DNA of 18,198 nucleotides from a virus (Duplodnaviria; Heunggongvirae; Uroviricota; Caudoviricetes): IMG/VR virus record IMGVR_UViG_2740892229_000008, positions 1 to 18,198 of that record; one strand, 5' to 3'. Shown piece by piece: positions 16,074 to 18,198 of this stretch (position 1 is its first letter; each line of letters starts with the position of its first letter). The notes under the pieces were generated by a model. It saw only the letters and a program-made list of their open reading frames with translations, ran no database searches and was not told where the DNA came from. The position numbers and the translations under genes were made by a program.

Positions 16074-16266
16074 CTCCTGCTCTCCGGTTCCATTTTTCAG
16101 CCGCCGCAGCAACTGATGGTGCCCATGCCCCCCTGGCTTCACAGAGGTCACATTCTGCATAGCCCCACACATCAATATTTATTCCGGCCTCAACCCACAG
16201 ACGAGCATTACCGCCGCAAAACGGACATTCTTTTAGCTTTGGCTGGGTTAATGATAGGTCGCTCAT
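16030..16266 (-). CDS. Lar-family restriction-alleviation-like protein (putative)
   Basis: ATG at 16266 preceded by AAGGAG; MSDLSLTQPKLKECPFCGGNARLW...ECDLCEARGAW...EKWNRRA carries the CPFCG...C..C...WNRR pattern I associate with Lar proteins; 3' end overlaps ninB by about 44 nt. Confidence 0.5.
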   Translation of the reverse strand: MSDLSLTQPKLKECPFCGGNARLWVEAGINIDVWGYAECDLCEARGAWAPSVAAAAEKWNRRAGDEANLSASQRSNQK

Positions 16267-16276
16267 GCTCACTCCT

Positions 16277-16492
16277 TCACTTAAAATCCAGACTCCGGAT
16301 AATTCTGTTGCGCTGAAACTCATTGTTGAGTTTGAACAACCGTCGAAGAACACGGTCACGCGGATAGCGTCGTGCGGCAGGTGAATGCTCATACAACTCA
16401 TCAAGCGGCAAACTGGACGATGAACGATACCGATACCAACGCACCAACTCTTCACGAAAATTAGCCCTGACAAGCTCAGCTATCGTACTCAT
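16277..16492 (-). CDS. hypothetical protein (71 aa), nin region
   Basis: ATG at 16492 with strong SD GAGGAGG 9 nt upstream; no motif recognised. Confidence 0.4.
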   Translation of the reverse strand: MSTIAELVRANFREELVRWYRYRSSSSLPLDELYEHSPAARRYPRDRVLRRLFKLNNEFQRNRIIRSLDFK

Positions 16493-16624
16493 TTCTTAAA
16501 ACCTCCTCAAACGCATTCTGACGCATTTTTCATTCTCGCTGCTTATCGGCATGCCTTGCACGTGCTTACCTCACCACAGAGCGATTGTGATGCCTTAAAA
16601 GCGATTTATTGAAGTGATATTTGC

Positions 16625-16903
16625 TTAATCGAAATTCTTTTCTTTGATTCCTGCGGCCCTGATGGCTTTCATTACTGCAATTACCGTTTTGTCACGCCCA
16701 TCCTCATAACCCATCGCATAAGCACCTTCTTCACCATCTTTCCAAAGGTCGTCATTCGATTCGGGCCAGTCGATATCCAGTTCAATAGCAGAGCGCGATG
16801 CCTGCCATATCACCCAGGCAAACTCTTTTAATTCATCGTCTCCCGTGAACTGGCTTTTGTCTTTTGACCACCAGTTTTCAAACTGTCGGTAGCTATCGTT
16901 CAC
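16625..16903 (-). CDS. hypothetical acidic protein (about 92 aa), nin region
   Basis: Track ORF 16625..16918; a GTG at 16903 preceded by GGGAGAGGGAA is the more likely start; W- and D/E-rich; no motif recognised. Confidence 0.4.
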   Translation of the reverse strand: MNDSYRQFENWWSKDKSQFTGDDELKEFAWVIWQASRSAIELDIDWPESNDDLWKDGEEGAYAMGYEDGRDKTVIAVMKAIRAAGIKEKNFD

Positions 16904-16914
16904 TTCCCTCTCCC

Positions 16915-16948
16915 CCAAATAAAAAGGCCTGCGATTACCAGCAGGCCT
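16915..16948 (-). terminator. tR2-like intrinsic terminator downstream of ren
   Basis: Perfect 8-bp stem AGGCCTGC/GCAGGCCT with 8-nt loop, followed on the minus strand by TTTTTATTT; position matches lambda tR2 (between ren and the nin genes). Confidence 0.5.
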
Positions 16949-16973
16949 GTTATTAGCTCAGTGATGTAGATGG

Positions 16974-17264
16974 TCATCTTTTAACTCCATATACCGCCAA
17001 TACCCGTTTCATCGCTGCACTCTGGCGACACTCCTTAAAAATCAGGTTCGTGCTCACCTTTCCTTCCCGTTCTTCCCTGGTAGCAAACCGGTAATACACC
17101 GTTCGCCAGACCTTACCATCAATGACCAGGATTCCTGCCCGCGCCATTTTAGCCGCAGCCTGATTTATGCTGGTTACGGTTGCGCCTGTTACCGCGGAAA
17201 CGTCCTGTGCACAGAAGTTCTTATGCGTCCCGAGGTAATGAATAATTGCCTCTTTGCCCGTCAT
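16974..17264 (-). CDS. ren: Ren protein
   Basis: MTGKEAIIHYLGTHKNFCAQDVSAVTGATVTSINQAAAKMARAGILVIDGKVWRTVYYRFATREEREGK... matches lambda Ren as recalled; start overlaps the P stop. Confidence 0.85.
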   Translation of the reverse strand: MTGKEAIIHYLGTHKNFCAQDVSAVTGATVTSINQAAAKMARAGILVIDGKVWRTVYYRFATREEREGKVSTNLIFKECRQSAAMKRVLAVYGVKR

Positions 17265-18135
17265 ACACTTGCTCCTTTCAGTCCGAACTTAGCTTTAATT
17301 TCTGCGATCTTCGCCAGAGCCTGTGCTCGATTTAGAGGTCTGCCGCCCATGACAGGAAGTTGTTTTACTGGTTCAGGTATCGTCTCACCACGGTTAATTC
17401 GTGCTGTCATACAGGTCAGTTCATCGGCAGCCTTGCGCCGTAATTCCGCGTCAGTCAGCGCATTGGCCCGCATGTTCTGGTACAGGTTGGTAACCAGCCA
17501 GTAGTGCGCGTTTGATTTCCACGGATAAGACTCTGCATCCNNNNNNNNNNGATCGCCTCACCACGGTTAATTCTCGCAGTCATATGGACAAGCTCATCTG
17601 CGGCCTTACGGCGTAATTCCGCATCAGTAAGCGCATTGGCCCGCATGTTCTGATACAGGTTGGTAACCAGCCAGTAGTGCGCGTTTGATTTCCACGGATA
17701 AGACTCTGCATCCGGATACAGGCCACGCTTCCGGCAATACTCGTAAACCATATCAACCAGCTCGCTGACGTTTGGCAGTCCGGCGATAACGGATGCTTCT
17801 TCCCGGCACCATGCAACAAACTGCCCGGGTGATGGCAGAAATGGTCGATTCTGCCGACGGGCTACGCGCATTCCTGCGTTAACCTGTTCCATTGTGGTGA
17901 TCCCGTTTTCCCGGAAAGCCAGAACCCACTGGCGGCGGATTTCGTTCAGTTCGTTCTGGTCACGGTTAGCCAGACTCGCCGGGAAAGTTGCCAGTAACTG
18001 GCTGAACACACCGTTGATGATCTGCGCTACCTGCTGTACCTGCGGCTTTTCGTCGTACTGTTCCGGCATGTTGTTGGCGATCCGGCGCATCTGCTCACAG
18101 TCAAAGTTAACCATCTGTGCGGCGATGTTTTTCAT
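17261..18135 (-). CDS. P: replication protein P (DnaB loader); frame interrupted by gap and duplicated contig overlap
   Basis: MKNIAAQMVNFD.EQMRRIANNMPEQYDEKPQVQQVAQIINGVFSQLLATF... and C-terminus ...LNRAQALAKIAEIKAKFGLKGASV match lambda P as recalled. After removing the overlap, about 233 codons. Confidence 0.85.
17541..17550. other. assembly gap (10 N) flanked by overlapping contig ends
   Basis: 17379-17540 parallels 17551-17712; the left copy is more divergent over its first 70 bp. Confidence 0.95.
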
Positions 18136-18198
18136 AGCTCCACCCCGTAAATCCAGTCAGTGTTCGTCAGGTCGAGTTTTGGTTTGCCGGCTGTCACG
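18132..18198 (-). CDS. O: replication initiator O, C-terminal fragment (runs off the window end)
   Basis: Own translation ...TDWIYGVEL then TGA overlapping the P ATG (ATGA), as at the lambda O-P junction. Confidence 0.6.
   Translation of the reverse strand, partial: VTAGKPKLDLTNTDWIYGVEL

Noticed and set aside
1-18198. CRISPR arrays, integrase or attachment sites, IS elements
   Set aside because: No regularly spaced direct repeats, no integrase or transposase-like ORF, and no terminal inverted repeats were recognised; the only simple repeat is the hexamer microsatellite.

Overview
This window is a draft-assembly scaffold (five 10-N gaps) of lambdoid prophage DNA from an Escherichia/Shigella-type enterobacterium, with almost all genes on the minus strand. 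Protein identities are from my recollection of phage lambda and relatives, not from a search. Right part (10.1-18.2 kb): a contiguous lambda-like early-right operon reading O (3' end), P, ren, tR2-like terminator, small ORFs, lar-like, ninB, phage Dam-type methyltransferase, ninE, an AT-rich cargo island (590-aa ORF on the + strand, hexamer microsatellite, HNH endonuclease fused onto a ninG 5' end), ninG, ninI-like phosphatase, Q of the 21/933W type, pR'/tR'-like signals, tRNA-Met(CAU) and a chimeric tRNA-like element. Middle (4.8-8.9 kb): a second, Q82-like late-control module with pR'/tR', a polytopic membrane protein, a tiny hydrophobic peptide gene, the start of a DUF1737-SGNH esterase (NanS-p-like), and a divergent LpxR-like outer-membrane protein gene. 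Left (1-4.8 kb): a third module with DUF968, rusA, lambda-type Q, pR'/tR', tRNA-Met(CAU), a degenerate tRNA-like element, tRNA-Arg(UCU), small cargo ORFs and another DUF1737 start. No Shiga toxin, integrase or CRISPR was seen. The best candidate for something undescribed is the AT-rich island that replaces ninF and carries the unassignable 590-aa ORF. Three gaps are flanked by near-identical overlapping contig ends, so paralogous prophage copies were probably collapsed; adjacency across the other two gaps (4791-4800, 8921-8930) is unverified.
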